NCBI GenBank assembly: GCA_965140445.1
Contig: OZ223236.1
Span: 4,032,001-4,096,000 of the forward strand
Source: Candidatus Ozemobacteraceae bacterium
GTDB taxonomy: Bacteria; Muiribacteriota; Ozemobacteria; Ozemobacterales; Ozemobacteraceae
Direction of reading: 5' to 3'
DNA length: 64,000 nucleotides
The position numbers and the translations under genes are program-made. The notes beneath the pieces are model-generated. The model saw only the letters and a program-made list of their open reading frames with translations, had not been told where the DNA came from and did not search any database. Below are positions 28,721 through 37,974 of this stretch, piece after piece (positions within the stretch are counted from its first letter, which is position 1; every line of letters starts with the position of its first letter).

Positions 28721-30028
28721 TTGTATTCTATGGCAGTTATGAAATTTCATCTAATCAGCCTTGGCTGCTCAAAAAACACCGCTGACTCCGAAGCTCTTTG
28801 TGACACTCTTGAACAAAAAGGGCTTGTCTGGAGTTCTTCTCCTGAAAAATCAGACATACTTTTTGTCAACACCTGTGGTTTTATAAAGGATGCCAAAGAG
28901 CAGTCTCTGTCTACAATAATGAACGTTTTGCATCTAAAGTCATCCATGCCAAAACTCAAAACCGTTGTTTTTGGATGCCTGGTAAAAAGATACAGATCAG
29001 AGATTGAAGAAGGCATTCCAGAAATTGATTTTCTTTTTGATTTTATGGATGGAACTTCAATAAAAGAACTTTTTAAAGCTCTAAAATCAGTAAAGCCAGA
29101 AGCAAACTACCAAACACGACGGCATTTTACGCCAAAACATATTGGTATTCTAAAAATTGCAGAAGGTTGTAGTAATCGCTGTGCATATTGCGCTATTCCT
29201 GGGATTCGTGGGGATTTTAAGTCCATAGAAGAAAAATCTATTATTGAAACCGCAAAACAGTTAGCTAAAAGTGGAGCAAAAGAAATTTCAGTGGTAGCCC
29301 AGGATATAACCCGTTATGGTACGGATAGAAGCGGAAAATGCGAGCTTCCTCAGTTAATTAAGAAACTGGGAAAAATCCAGGGTATAGAATGGATCAGACT
29401 CCATTACATGCATCCGAGAAACCTCTCTGTAGAGTTACTGGACGCCATGTACAAACTGCCAAAAGTTGTCCCATATTTTGATATACCTTTTCAACATGCT
29501 TCAGACAGAATGTTAAGACTTATGAAAAGGCATACCAGCCCAGAAAAAATTAAGTCACTGATCAAACATGTTCGAAAAAACTATCCGACAGCAACCATTA
29601 GAACCACTTTTATTGTTGGATTTCCTGGTGAGAATGAAGAAGAGTTTCAGGAACTTATCGACTTTGTTGAAATGTATCCAATCGATAGGGTTGGAGCTTT
29701 TATGTATTCCACTGAAGAAGGAACTGCCGCCGCCAAAATAGTTCCCAAAGTACAGCAAGCTGAAAAACAAAGAAGGCTTGATGAACTGATGACATTGCAA
29801 CAGCTGATTGCTGCTGAATTAAATTTAAAAATGACTGGAAAAGTCGCTGAAGTTATCATTGATGAAATAACTGATGGTATCTGCTTGGGAAGAACAATGG
29901 GCGATGCTTTTGAAATAGACAATATCACTAGATTTCCGGCTAAAAGCACTGACATTCCCGGGAAGATAGTTAAAGTAAAAATTCTTAAAGCAGAAGCTTA
30001 TGACTTTCATGGAGAATCTGTGGAATGA
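28721..30028 (+). CDS. rimO: Ribosomal protein S12 methylthiotransferase RimO
   Basis: SLGCSKN..DSE, VNTCGFI..AK..S, LKIAEGCSNRCAYCAIP.IRG, WIRLHY, RTTFIVGFPGE, TRAM domain; true start may be 28730 or 28739. Confidence 0.93.
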   Translation: MYSMAVMKFHLISLGCSKNTADSEALCDTLEQKGLVWSSSPEKSDILFVNTCGFIKDAKEQSLSTIMNVLHLKSSMPKLKTVVFGCLVKRYRSEIEEGIPEIDFLFDFMDGTSIKELFKALKSVKPEANYQTRRHFTPKHIGILKIAEGCSNRCAYCAIPGIRGDFKSIEEKSIIETAKQLAKSGAKEISVVAQDITRYGTDRSGKCELPQLIKKLGKIQGIEWIRLHYMHPRNLSVELLDAMYKLPKVVPYFDIPFQHASDRMLRLMKRHTSPEKIKSLIKHVRKNYPTATIRTTFIVGFPGENEEEFQELIDFVEMYPIDRVGAFMYSTEEGTAAAKIVPKVQQAEKQRRLDELMTLQQLIAAELNLKMTGKVAEVIIDEITDGICLGRTMGDAFEIDNITRFPAKSTDIPGKIVKVKILKAEAYDFHGESVE

Positions 30029-30636
30029 CCATCGCAACCAAGCTAACCCTAATGAGAGTTTTCGCCATTCCCTTTTTTCTGGTGGCTTTTCTTTGGCGTC
30101 CTACCGGAGCTTCACTGGATCACGATTGGGGCAAGGTAATTGCGACCGTTATTTTTATATTGGCCGCTATAACCGATTATTACGATGGTTACCTGGCAAG
30201 AAAATATAAACAGGTTACAACTTTTGGTAAATTTATTGACCCAATTGCAGATAAGTTACTTGTATCAACCGGGTTGATTGTAATGGCTGAATACAGAGGA
30301 ATTACCTTTACTGCAAGTTGGATTGCTATCATTATTATTGCCAGAGAGTTTGCTGTTACGGGTTTAAGACTTATTTGTGCTGAAAAAGGCAATGTTATTT
30401 CTGCATCAACAGCTGGAAAAATAAAAACCACAGCACAATTGACTGCGACTATCACCTGCCTTTGTTTTATAACGATCAGAATATTCCTAATTTCTTACAA
30501 CCAACAAGACTATCTGGAAATATTCATGAAATTTTATGGAATCACAATTCAGTCGCTGATGATAATAGCGGCAATATCAACGGTGTATTCAGGATATGAC
30601 TACTTCAAAAAAAACTGGCACTTCCTGGACGAATAG
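30025..30636 (+). CDS. pgsA: CDP-diacylglycerol--glycerol-3-phosphate 3-phosphatidyltransferase
   Basis: TDYYDGYLARK...TTFGKFIDPIADKLLV, REFAVTGLR, GKIKT..Q; conserved rimO-pgsA order. Confidence 0.95.
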   Translation: MTIATKLTLMRVFAIPFFLVAFLWRPTGASLDHDWGKVIATVIFILAAITDYYDGYLARKYKQVTTFGKFIDPIADKLLVSTGLIVMAEYRGITFTASWIAIIIIAREFAVTGLRLICAEKGNVISASTAGKIKTTAQLTATITCLCFITIRIFLISYNQQDYLEIFMKFYGITIQSLMIIAAISTVYSGYDYFKKNWHFLDE

Positions 30637-31096
30637 TTCGGCAAGTAATGTAGCGATTAAAGCTGTTGGAACATGCTGTGGACTTGGGAATTTTCCCAAA
30701 GCGCCCGGCACAGTTGGAAGTATTCCTGGAATCCTTATTTTTCTTGCAACGAAAGATTTTTCTGTTGGAGTTCAAACAGGCCTCTTCTTTTTTACCTGTT
30801 TATTGGCAATAGGCGTTTCTGAGCGCATTGAAAAGTCTGAAAGGTCCAAAGATCCCCAACACGTAGTAATTGATGAAGTAGTAGGAATGTGGGCAACCCT
30901 TCTTTTTATATGGGACACAAGTTTCAGCACAATCTTCATCGGATTTTTACTGTTTAGATTTTTTGATATTTTGAAGCCATTCCCAATTAACCTTTTTCAA
31001 AGCTTTCGAGGAGGAATGGGAATCGTCGCAGATGATCTAGCAGCCGGTATGCTTTCCAACTTTTTACTCAGGGTAATATTGATTCAGATGATGTAA
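30596..31096 (+). CDS. pgpA: Phosphatidylglycerophosphatase A
   Basis: PKAPGTVGS, KDPQHVVIDEVVGMW, FRFFDILKPFPI, GG.GIVADDLAAG. Confidence 0.95.
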   Translation: MTTSKKTGTSWTNSSASNVAIKAVGTCCGLGNFPKAPGTVGSIPGILIFLATKDFSVGVQTGLFFFTCLLAIGVSERIEKSERSKDPQHVVIDEVVGMWATLLFIWDTSFSTIFIGFLLFRFFDILKPFPINLFQSFRGGMGIVADDLAAGMLSNFLLRVILIQMM

Positions 31097-31439
31097 TTCT
31101 GCATTTTCTTCCCTTCTCCAGGCAACTGAATCAGCCCTTACTAGCCCTAAAACACAAAAGATTACCCGTTATGCATTTCTTTTTAGATTAGTTGCTAAAA
31201 ATAGCTTATTCAATGGCAAAGCTCTCATCTCGCCCACAGATGCTTGGTGATTTTTCATTGATTGCACTTTCAACCAAAGAGCTAGTTTTGCTTTTATCAT
31301 CATTGCGACAATACTAATGTTGCAAGCTTGTTCTACCTGGCACTCTGACTTCTTAGCGATGGGCGATGGGCGATGAATTTTTCGAGGTTTTTACTGGAAG
31401 AATTAGTCCCAAAAAACTGGCAGATAAATCTTATAAACA

Positions 31440-31534
31440 CTGGATTTCCGCCTGCGCGGGAATGACTTCAGGAGGAAAAGAAAATGCTGAAGCCCCGATC
31501 TGGATTCCCGCCTGCGCGGGAATGACTTTAGAAG
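31440..31534. repeat. Two direct copies of a dRS3/REP-like palindromic element
   Basis: CTGGATT(T/C)CCGCCTGCGCGGGAATGACTT at 31440 and 31500 (60-nt period); core ATTCCC-N8-GGGAAT. Confidence 0.85.
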
Positions 31535-31547
31535 TATTCTAAATAAA

Positions 31548-31575
31548 AAATGGGCCACCCGAAGGTGGCCCATTT
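31548..31575 (-). terminator. Rho-independent terminator of the C25 protease gene
   Basis: Minus strand AAATGGGCCACC-TTCG-GGTGGCCCATTT followed by further T's, 19 nt after the stop. Confidence 0.9.
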
Positions 31576-31594
31576 CCTATTTAATAGGAGGATA

Positions 31595-33544
31595 TTAGAA
31601 AGTGATTTTCTGATCTACTACTGGAGCAACATCAGCACCGATGATTGTTAAATAACCTTCAGTGGCATCAGTTGTCATAGTAACTACTGCCTGACCTTCG
31701 TCATTGGTAGTTGCAACTTTAACGTTTTCAACGCCTTCAGTGTAAACAGTTACACGAGCGTTGCTAACTGGTTTGCCATCGGCATCAGTTACGTTAACTT
31801 TTACAGAAACAGCTTCTTCATTGCGTGTAGCTTTTGAATCTGCTGCAATTGCAGTAGGAGCTTTGAATCTAGCCATCAAAGTGCCATCACCAAGGATGTG
31901 CCATTGTTCATACATCATAACGCCAGAACCTTTTGGCTCAGCACCATAGATTTCCATGCCTTTGATGATACCGTTGATGAAAATTCCACCAACAGTTTTA
32001 TAAACTTCATTTGCAATGTAATTCTTGTTGAATTCTTCCTGAACTTTGATTGGTGGAACCCATTCCATGTTGGTAGTAGAACCAGCATAAGAAACAGCAC
32101 CAGCTGGTTTTTCGATGTTACCAGTGCGGAGCCATGATTCACCATAACCAGTGAAGTTCACGAATCTACCGTTAACACAAGCTACGTCCCAAATGATTGG
32201 CATGTTCCAGCCGTTAGAAAGTTTCATTACATCGCTGTTTGAGAAACGTGTAGTTCCCCAGCTTGTTCCTGAACCATGTCCAAGGTAGTTAATAAGGCTG
32301 CAGCCCTGATTTACAAGTTCAGCAACTTTAGCTTTAGAAGCGCCTGGATCATAAACTTTGTCAACAGTTGTGAACATTGAACCAAGAAGAGCTTCGCGGT
32401 TTTCGTCCATATACTGCCAATCTTTTGGGTTACCTTCGTTTGAGGCAACGCCGAAAGCTCTAGTATACCAGGCAACGTCTTTAGTTGGATAAGCTTCGTA
32501 GTTAACGAATTTAGCAACCTGATAAGCAACGCCATCTACATCTGTAGCAGAAAGTCTGCTGATGATACAATCTGGAACGTGATCATCGCCGGCTAATTTA
32601 GTGTAACAACCATCGGAATCGGCTCTTTCTTTAACGCCTTTGTTAGTTGGAATCTGTTCAGCATCACCGATAAGCATGATGTGAGTGAGTCCACCCTGGT
32701 TGTATTCGTCCTGGATGAAAGCTTTGATTTCGTCGTTAGTTTTTCCAGCTGCACTTACTGGAACCATTTTCACTTCGATACCACATTTTTTCTTCCAATC
32801 TACGAAAGGTTTCATAGCGCCCATGAAATCATCATAAGCAATGATAAGAAGGCGGCCGTTTTCTGGCAATCTAGGAAGTCTGGTAGTAGCTTGTTTAAAG
32901 TTCACAAATACATTGTTGTAAATTGGTTCGTAAACTTTACTGATAGGAGCAGCACTCTTCATAACATTTTTAGAAGCCTGATCATCAGCACTGATTACAA
33001 CTTTGAGTTTGCGGTGAATTCTGAGTTTGTTCTGAACAGGATTATACTGCACAGGATTAACTACAAGGTTAACACCACGAACTTCTCTGAAAATAAATGG
33101 AGAACCCATTTCAACGAGATCTGCATCTGCTGGATACCATGCATCTTTGGAATAAACTTCGCCAAAGCTGTAAGGAACAGATTCTGGATTGATGTCACGA
33201 GTGAAGTTACCTTTGCTTGGTACTACAGGAGCACTAAGATCGATTTCTTCAGACTGAAGGCTCTGAACCTGGAATACTGGTCTGCGGCTAGGATCAACCA
33301 TTACCATTGCAGTATATCTAGGAAGAGTAGGAGCACCTTTAACAAATGATTCTGAAGAATCTGGAGCTGTAATAGCTACAGCTTTTTTGCCAAGGATCTG
33401 GGCGTCATGAAAATTAACTTCAGGACAATCCATCTCAAGAGTTGTGGATAAACCACGGCTACTGCTTACACTTATTCCAGCACCAAAAGCCATGCTGGAG
33501 CTCAACAAACATACGAGAACAAAAAGACTTGTAAATCGCCTCAC
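31595..33544 (-). CDS. Gingipain-like cysteine peptidase, family C25 (propeptide, catalytic domain, Ig-like domain)
   Basis: Signal peptide; propeptide (G.P.LP, PSKG, P.IFREVRG, NPVQYNP); LIGDAEQIP, SD..Y..L.GDDH.PD..I.R; catalytic NYLGHGS and DVACVNG. Confidence 0.93.
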   Translation of the reverse strand: MRRFTSLFVLVCLLSSSMAFGAGISVSSSRGLSTTLEMDCPEVNFHDAQILGKKAVAITAPDSSESFVKGAPTLPRYTAMVMVDPSRRPVFQVQSLQSEEIDLSAPVVPSKGNFTRDINPESVPYSFGEVYSKDAWYPADADLVEMGSPFIFREVRGVNLVVNPVQYNPVQNKLRIHRKLKVVISADDQASKNVMKSAAPISKVYEPIYNNVFVNFKQATTRLPRLPENGRLLIIAYDDFMGAMKPFVDWKKKCGIEVKMVPVSAAGKTNDEIKAFIQDEYNQGGLTHIMLIGDAEQIPTNKGVKERADSDGCYTKLAGDDHVPDCIISRLSATDVDGVAYQVAKFVNYEAYPTKDVAWYTRAFGVASNEGNPKDWQYMDENREALLGSMFTTVDKVYDPGASKAKVAELVNQGCSLINYLGHGSGTSWGTTRFSNSDVMKLSNGWNMPIIWDVACVNGRFVNFTGYGESWLRTGNIEKPAGAVSYAGSTTNMEWVPPIKVQEEFNKNYIANEVYKTVGGIFINGIIKGMEIYGAEPKGSGVMMYEQWHILGDGTLMARFKAPTAIAADSKATRNEEAVSVKVNVTDADGKPVSNARVTVYTEGVENVKVATTNDEGQAVVTMTTDATEGYLTIIGADVAPVVDQKITF

Positions 33545-33596
33545 GTTCTTCCTCCTTAAATTTACAAAATTCCTTATAGTAAGGGATCGTTAATTG

Positions 33597-33625
33597 ATTA
33601 TACGAACGGTACCCTAAAGGCGCAA
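33597..33625 (-). promoter_or_regulatory. Sigma70 promoter of the C25 protease gene
   Basis: Minus strand TTGCGC-17 nt-TATAAT, followed by AAGGAGG SD and GTG start. Confidence 0.65.
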
Positions 33626-33792
33626 TGGTTTTTAGAAAAAAAGTTTTTTAACATTCGGGTCACAAAAAAAGAGCACCAGAACAACCCAAAAACACCATCC
33701 ACAAAGGACTGCAATTAAAACAAACAACACATTTTTTGTGTAACACAGGTCGAAAAGAGAAAAAAATTTAAACAAAACCTAGAAAAAAGTTT

Positions 33793-35016
33793 TCAACTCC
33801 ATCTCTTTTTTCGTCTTCTTCTTCTTTTTGATTTTGTAATAGGAGCTTCCTGCTGTAAAAGCGGGATAAATGCTTCTGCCAATAAATCTGCCTGCCATTC
33901 ATGAAGAATTTCACTTTGCTTTAACTCGCCAAAAGACTTTGGTCTAACCCTTGCCAGATCATACAAGGCTTGACTAGGAGCCAGCAAAGAAGCAGCAACT
34001 CCCAACTCAATAGCAATCTGATCACGAATTTCCCGCAAGGTTTTGGCAAGTTCGCCCTCCCATGCGGATAAGAGGTTCTGATTAATTCTGAGTTTTGGCG
34101 GTTTTTCTAAACCTACCAGTTCAGCTTCCATTCCATCTTTGATAGCCTGCCTAAGCTCATCGCCGTGTCTATTAAGAAACTCCCGATTCAAGTTTTTAAT
34201 AACAGATAATCCAGCAATGCTTTGAGGCCTTTGGCGAGCAATTTCAAGAAGGGCTTGATTGCTTAAAAGCATAAAGGGAGCACGATCTAATTTTTTAGCG
34301 ATACGATCTCTTAAATGCCAGACTTCCCGAAGCACAGCAAGTGAACGCAGAGAAAATTTTGATGAGCCCTTAATTTTAAATGAATAAGGATCATATTCAT
34401 GCAGTCTATTTGTTCTGGCATCTCTGGCTATATTTTCAAACTCTTCTTCAGCCCATTCAAGCCTGCCAAGGTCGATTAGTTCTTGTTTTAACAAATCATG
34501 AATAGGAATAAGACAAACTGCATCCAGTAACGCATAGCTTTTCATGGCCTCAGACAAAGGTCTCCGCGACCAATCACATCTTTGCAATTTCTTATCTAGA
34601 ATTACCCCAAGATATTTTTCAGTCAGAAAACTTAATCCCAAACCTTTTAATCCAATAAACTCAGCAGCTTTGCGAGTGTCGAAAATACGTGGAATAAAAA
34701 CTCCCAGATCGTTAGCAAGCATTGAAACATCGTAATCCCCACCGTGAAAAACCCACTTAACCTTTGAGTTTTTCACAAATTCTTTGAGGGGAGTGAAATC
34801 CTCAATTTTCTGAGGGTCAAGTATTGCTGAAATATCTCTGCTAGCAATCTGAATAAGATTTACACGCGTAAAATATTTGTAAAAGCCTGCTGATTCAATA
34901 TCTACCGCAATAATATCTGAATCAGCTAATTTATTTAGCAATAATTCCAGATCTCGGGTTGTCTCAATCAGCTCTGCAGCGTCTAAAAAAGGTTGTGGAT
35001 TAAAGGCTGAACTCAT
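33793..35016 (-). CDS. rnd: Ribonuclease D (DEDDy exonuclease + HRDC)
   Basis: IAVDIES, LIQIA, VFHGGDYD, FDT..AA, DWSRRPLSEAMKSYALLDA, HRDC region (RDRIAKKLDRAPF). Confidence 0.92.
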   Translation of the reverse strand: MSSAFNPQPFLDAAELIETTRDLELLLNKLADSDIIAVDIESAGFYKYFTRVNLIQIASRDISAILDPQKIEDFTPLKEFVKNSKVKWVFHGGDYDVSMLANDLGVFIPRIFDTRKAAEFIGLKGLGLSFLTEKYLGVILDKKLQRCDWSRRPLSEAMKSYALLDAVCLIPIHDLLKQELIDLGRLEWAEEEFENIARDARTNRLHEYDPYSFKIKGSSKFSLRSLAVLREVWHLRDRIAKKLDRAPFMLLSNQALLEIARQRPQSIAGLSVIKNLNREFLNRHGDELRQAIKDGMEAELVGLEKPPKLRINQNLLSAWEGELAKTLREIRDQIAIELGVAASLLAPSQALYDLARVRPKSFGELKQSEILHEWQADLLAEAFIPLLQQEAPITKSKRRRRRKKRWS

Positions 35017-35038
35017 TTTATTCCTGACGTGTCAAATA

Positions 35039-35058
35039 AGAGAGCCCTTCGGCTCTCT
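35039..35058. other. Hairpin in the cyclase-rnd intergenic region
   Basis: AGAGAGCC-CTTC-GGCTCTCT perfect 8-bp stem; no clear U tract so role (terminator or 5' UTR stabiliser) is uncertain. Confidence 0.5.
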
Positions 35059-35114
35059 GTCTTTAACTAACATATTTTAGGTATATTAATCATCTTTTTT
35101 TTTACAAAATACAA

Positions 35115-37955
35115 TTATTTGTGAGTAAGAATGTATCTACCATCCCATCCATCTGGTGGTGGATGAATCTTATACTCATTACATCTTGCAATATAGGTTT
35201 TACTTGGCCCATCTTCAGGCCATTTTTTCAGCACGGCTTCAAAAGAAGCGATAGCTTCATCCCATTTTCTATCAAGGTGCAATTGAATTCCCTTGTCATA
35301 AAGCTCAACTCTTTCAAACCAGCCTTCTGGCTCTTTCCCTTTTTCGGAAATAAGTTCATGAACCTTAACGGGCTCTTTTTTTCCTTTTACAGCCAAAAAG
35401 TCAAGAAATCGAGCAGTAATTCCATGCTTCACCTGTTGGTAAGTTGCATCACTAATCATCAGGTCTGTTCCATATTCTTTATTTGCACCTTCTAGTCTGG
35501 AGGCCAGATTAACTCCGTCACCCATACAGGTAAAGTTCATCTGTGCTTGCTGAGACCCCATGTAACCAACAACAACGTTGGCTGTGTTCAAGCCGGCTCT
35601 AGCTGTAACTCTGGGGAGTCCCCTTTTGGCCCAGCCAATTTGAAGTTCATTAATCTTGTCCTGCATTTCAATTGCGCACAAACAAGCTCTTAGAGCGTGA
35701 TCTTCCTGTTTTCTGGGATGATTCCAAAAAGCCATAACAGCATCACCAATAAACTTATCCAAAGTGCCACCGTATTTGAAGAGAATATCTGTCATTGCCC
35801 CAAGGTATTCATTCAAAAGAACAACCAGCTCTTCCGGAGTCAGGGCCTCAGAAATGGACGTAAAACCCGCAACATCCGAGAAGAAAATAGTAAGCTCAAC
35901 CTTTTCTCCGCCTGGTTTAACAAGATCCGGGTTATCAAGCATATATTGGACAACATCTTTTGCGACAAACCGGGAAAACATCTGTTTGGTTTCTCTGGCT
36001 CTGGTGCGCTGTCTGAGATAGTTAACAAGAGTAATAAAACACCATGTCGCAGGAAAACTAACCAAAAAAGCGCCAAACAGAAAAACCTGATTAAACTGAT
36101 AATAAGACAAATATGAGTAGCCAAAGGTGCCGCCCACAAATGCCATAGTAATAAAAAAGCCTACCAGTGGGGAAAAAATATCCAGGAGAAATCCAAGCAA
36201 CAAACTTGAAAGAATAAGAGAAACTAGCGTTTTTAAGCTATGAGGATGGCGCAAAGCCTTATTTTCTAAGATGTTGGCAATAGCATTTGCGTGAATTTCA
36301 ACTCCCATTAATGGTTTACTTTGGACCATCAGCGGGCTTCTATAAGAAAGTGGCGTTGGATAAAAATCAAAATCGCTTGCTTCAAAGGGACCAACCAGGC
36401 AGAGTTTGCCCCCCTTATTGTTCCCGTAGGACATTGTCCTTTTGTGAGCTTTGTCAGGGTTCAACCTTTTCTTTTCAGGGTTTGCTTTAAATAATTTAAG
36501 TAAGAGATCCTTCTCAAAACATTCATAAAACGAGACGGATGGAAAAGCCACCTGCTTAAATCGTCCTTTTGTGGTTGATCCCATGTAACGAATAAGCATC
36601 ATACCTTTTGAACTTACTGGAATCGATTTATCTTTTATTACCAGTGGGCCAGAAAATTCACTTTTTACAAATTTCGGATAAATCTGCTTCAAGACCCGAT
36701 CCATCTCCGCAACATATGAATCGCTTCCAATAAGATTGTATCTTGCATCCAGAGCCGTCATAGACGTTAACAGTGAAAATGTTGGTTCGAGTGATTTTTC
36801 CTCATCATTTAAAACAAAAAGAGGAACCTGAGTTACGTAACTTTTGTTTCCTGCCAAAACATCAATCATTGCAGCTCTAACATTAGGTTTTAAAAACTTT
36901 TTGTGAGGCATAATTTTTCTGCTAACAAGCTTTACTTTTTCCAGTTCAGAAAGGACTACCCCACCCGTCTTATAAATGTCTTTTTCAGTTGTATCTTTTA
37001 TAAACTCTTCTTCAATAAGTGTGTGACCAGCTAAGATAATCTTACTCTTACTTTTTTCGATAGCCGATTCAAGTTTTTTATCAACTTCTAGCTCTTTCTC
37101 GCCTTGCAAAACAAAGTCAAAAGAAATAACTGATGCTGGCGCTACTTCATATTCTGAATTATCGTCTGGTTTATTGAGAAAAAAATTAAACTCTATGGCA
37201 GTATCTGGATATGGCCACAGTGAAACTGAATAAGAGATTTGTGAAACAATTAAATTCTTCAGCAAAACCAACCAGCGACTTAATATTTCTTCGCGAGCTT
37301 CACCAAGTCCTTCAGGATCATCCATATCAATTTCTTCGGACCAATTTTGCTCAAGAGTATTTAAGATTAGTGGTTTTCTTCCGAGAGCCAGAACTTTAAT
37401 AAAATTTCCGCCCTTTTCAGGCCAAAGCCTACCATCTATTTTCATCAGACCGGTGAGACGTTCAGATGAATTTGATTTTAGATAAGTTCTAACCTCTGAA
37501 TATGCTGGAAGCCATTTCGAAAAGCTATCCTTTATCAGCCATCTATCCTGATTTTCATAAAACCCCAATCCAATTGATAAAAACTTGAATTTTTCAGCCT
37601 TGCCTTTAGATGGCGACTCAACAATTGCTGAACTCCCCAAAAAGGAAAACAAGGAAGCAAATTCATTTCTACCGGGATTATTCCCCATTAGCTCAGACGT
37701 AGCCTGATCCTTTTTAACAATCAAAATATCGCTTAAAGAGCTTGATGGATTGTAACCATACTGAAAAATTAGAGCTACCAATGTGTCATCAAAATTTGCT
37801 AAAACGCCTGAAAAAAATAAGATGGCGGCAATAAATGATGAAAACAAACCAAACCAGAGGCCAGTATGAGACCTCTTATTTTTTTTCCCGCTTCTGCTTG
37901 TTTTTGAAAAAAAGATAGACTTTAAGCGGTTGATTATAGTTGTGCCCGCCATCAA
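35115..37955 (-). CDS. CHASE2-domain class III adenylate cyclase with C-terminal TPR-like tail
   Basis: GVEIHANAIANIL (CHASE2 end), three TMs, FFSDVAGFTSISE, DKFIGDAVMAFW, FTCMGDGVNLASRLEG, VKGKKEPV; Lys/Thr specificity pair of class IIIb adenylate cyclases. Confidence 0.93.
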   Translation of the reverse strand: MMAGTTIINRLKSIFFSKTSRSGKKNKRSHTGLWFGLFSSFIAAILFFSGVLANFDDTLVALIFQYGYNPSSSLSDILIVKKDQATSELMGNNPGRNEFASLFSFLGSSAIVESPSKGKAEKFKFLSIGLGFYENQDRWLIKDSFSKWLPAYSEVRTYLKSNSSERLTGLMKIDGRLWPEKGGNFIKVLALGRKPLILNTLEQNWSEEIDMDDPEGLGEAREEILSRWLVLLKNLIVSQISYSVSLWPYPDTAIEFNFFLNKPDDNSEYEVAPASVISFDFVLQGEKELEVDKKLESAIEKSKSKIILAGHTLIEEEFIKDTTEKDIYKTGGVVLSELEKVKLVSRKIMPHKKFLKPNVRAAMIDVLAGNKSYVTQVPLFVLNDEEKSLEPTFSLLTSMTALDARYNLIGSDSYVAEMDRVLKQIYPKFVKSEFSGPLVIKDKSIPVSSKGMMLIRYMGSTTKGRFKQVAFPSVSFYECFEKDLLLKLFKANPEKKRLNPDKAHKRTMSYGNNKGGKLCLVGPFEASDFDFYPTPLSYRSPLMVQSKPLMGVEIHANAIANILENKALRHPHSLKTLVSLILSSLLLGFLLDIFSPLVGFFITMAFVGGTFGYSYLSYYQFNQVFLFGAFLVSFPATWCFITLVNYLRQRTRARETKQMFSRFVAKDVVQYMLDNPDLVKPGGEKVELTIFFSDVAGFTSISEALTPEELVVLLNEYLGAMTDILFKYGGTLDKFIGDAVMAFWNHPRKQEDHALRACLCAIEMQDKINELQIGWAKRGLPRVTARAGLNTANVVVGYMGSQQAQMNFTCMGDGVNLASRLEGANKEYGTDLMISDATYQQVKHGITARFLDFLAVKGKKEPVKVHELISEKGKEPEGWFERVELYDKGIQLHLDRKWDEAIASFEAVLKKWPEDGPSKTYIARCNEYKIHPPPDGWDGRYILTHK

Positions 37956-37974
37956 TTAATCCTCTCAAGAGAAC

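Noticed and set aside
31440..31534. Mini CRISPR array (two repeats, 60-nt period)
   Set aside because: Only two units, about 25-nt spacer, no cas genes or leader, and the repeat has the dRS3/REP ATTCCC-N8-GGGAAT core.
32681..33349. 222-aa plus-strand ORF
   Set aside because: Antisense shadow of the strongly codon-biased C25 protease gene; no SD or recognisable motif.
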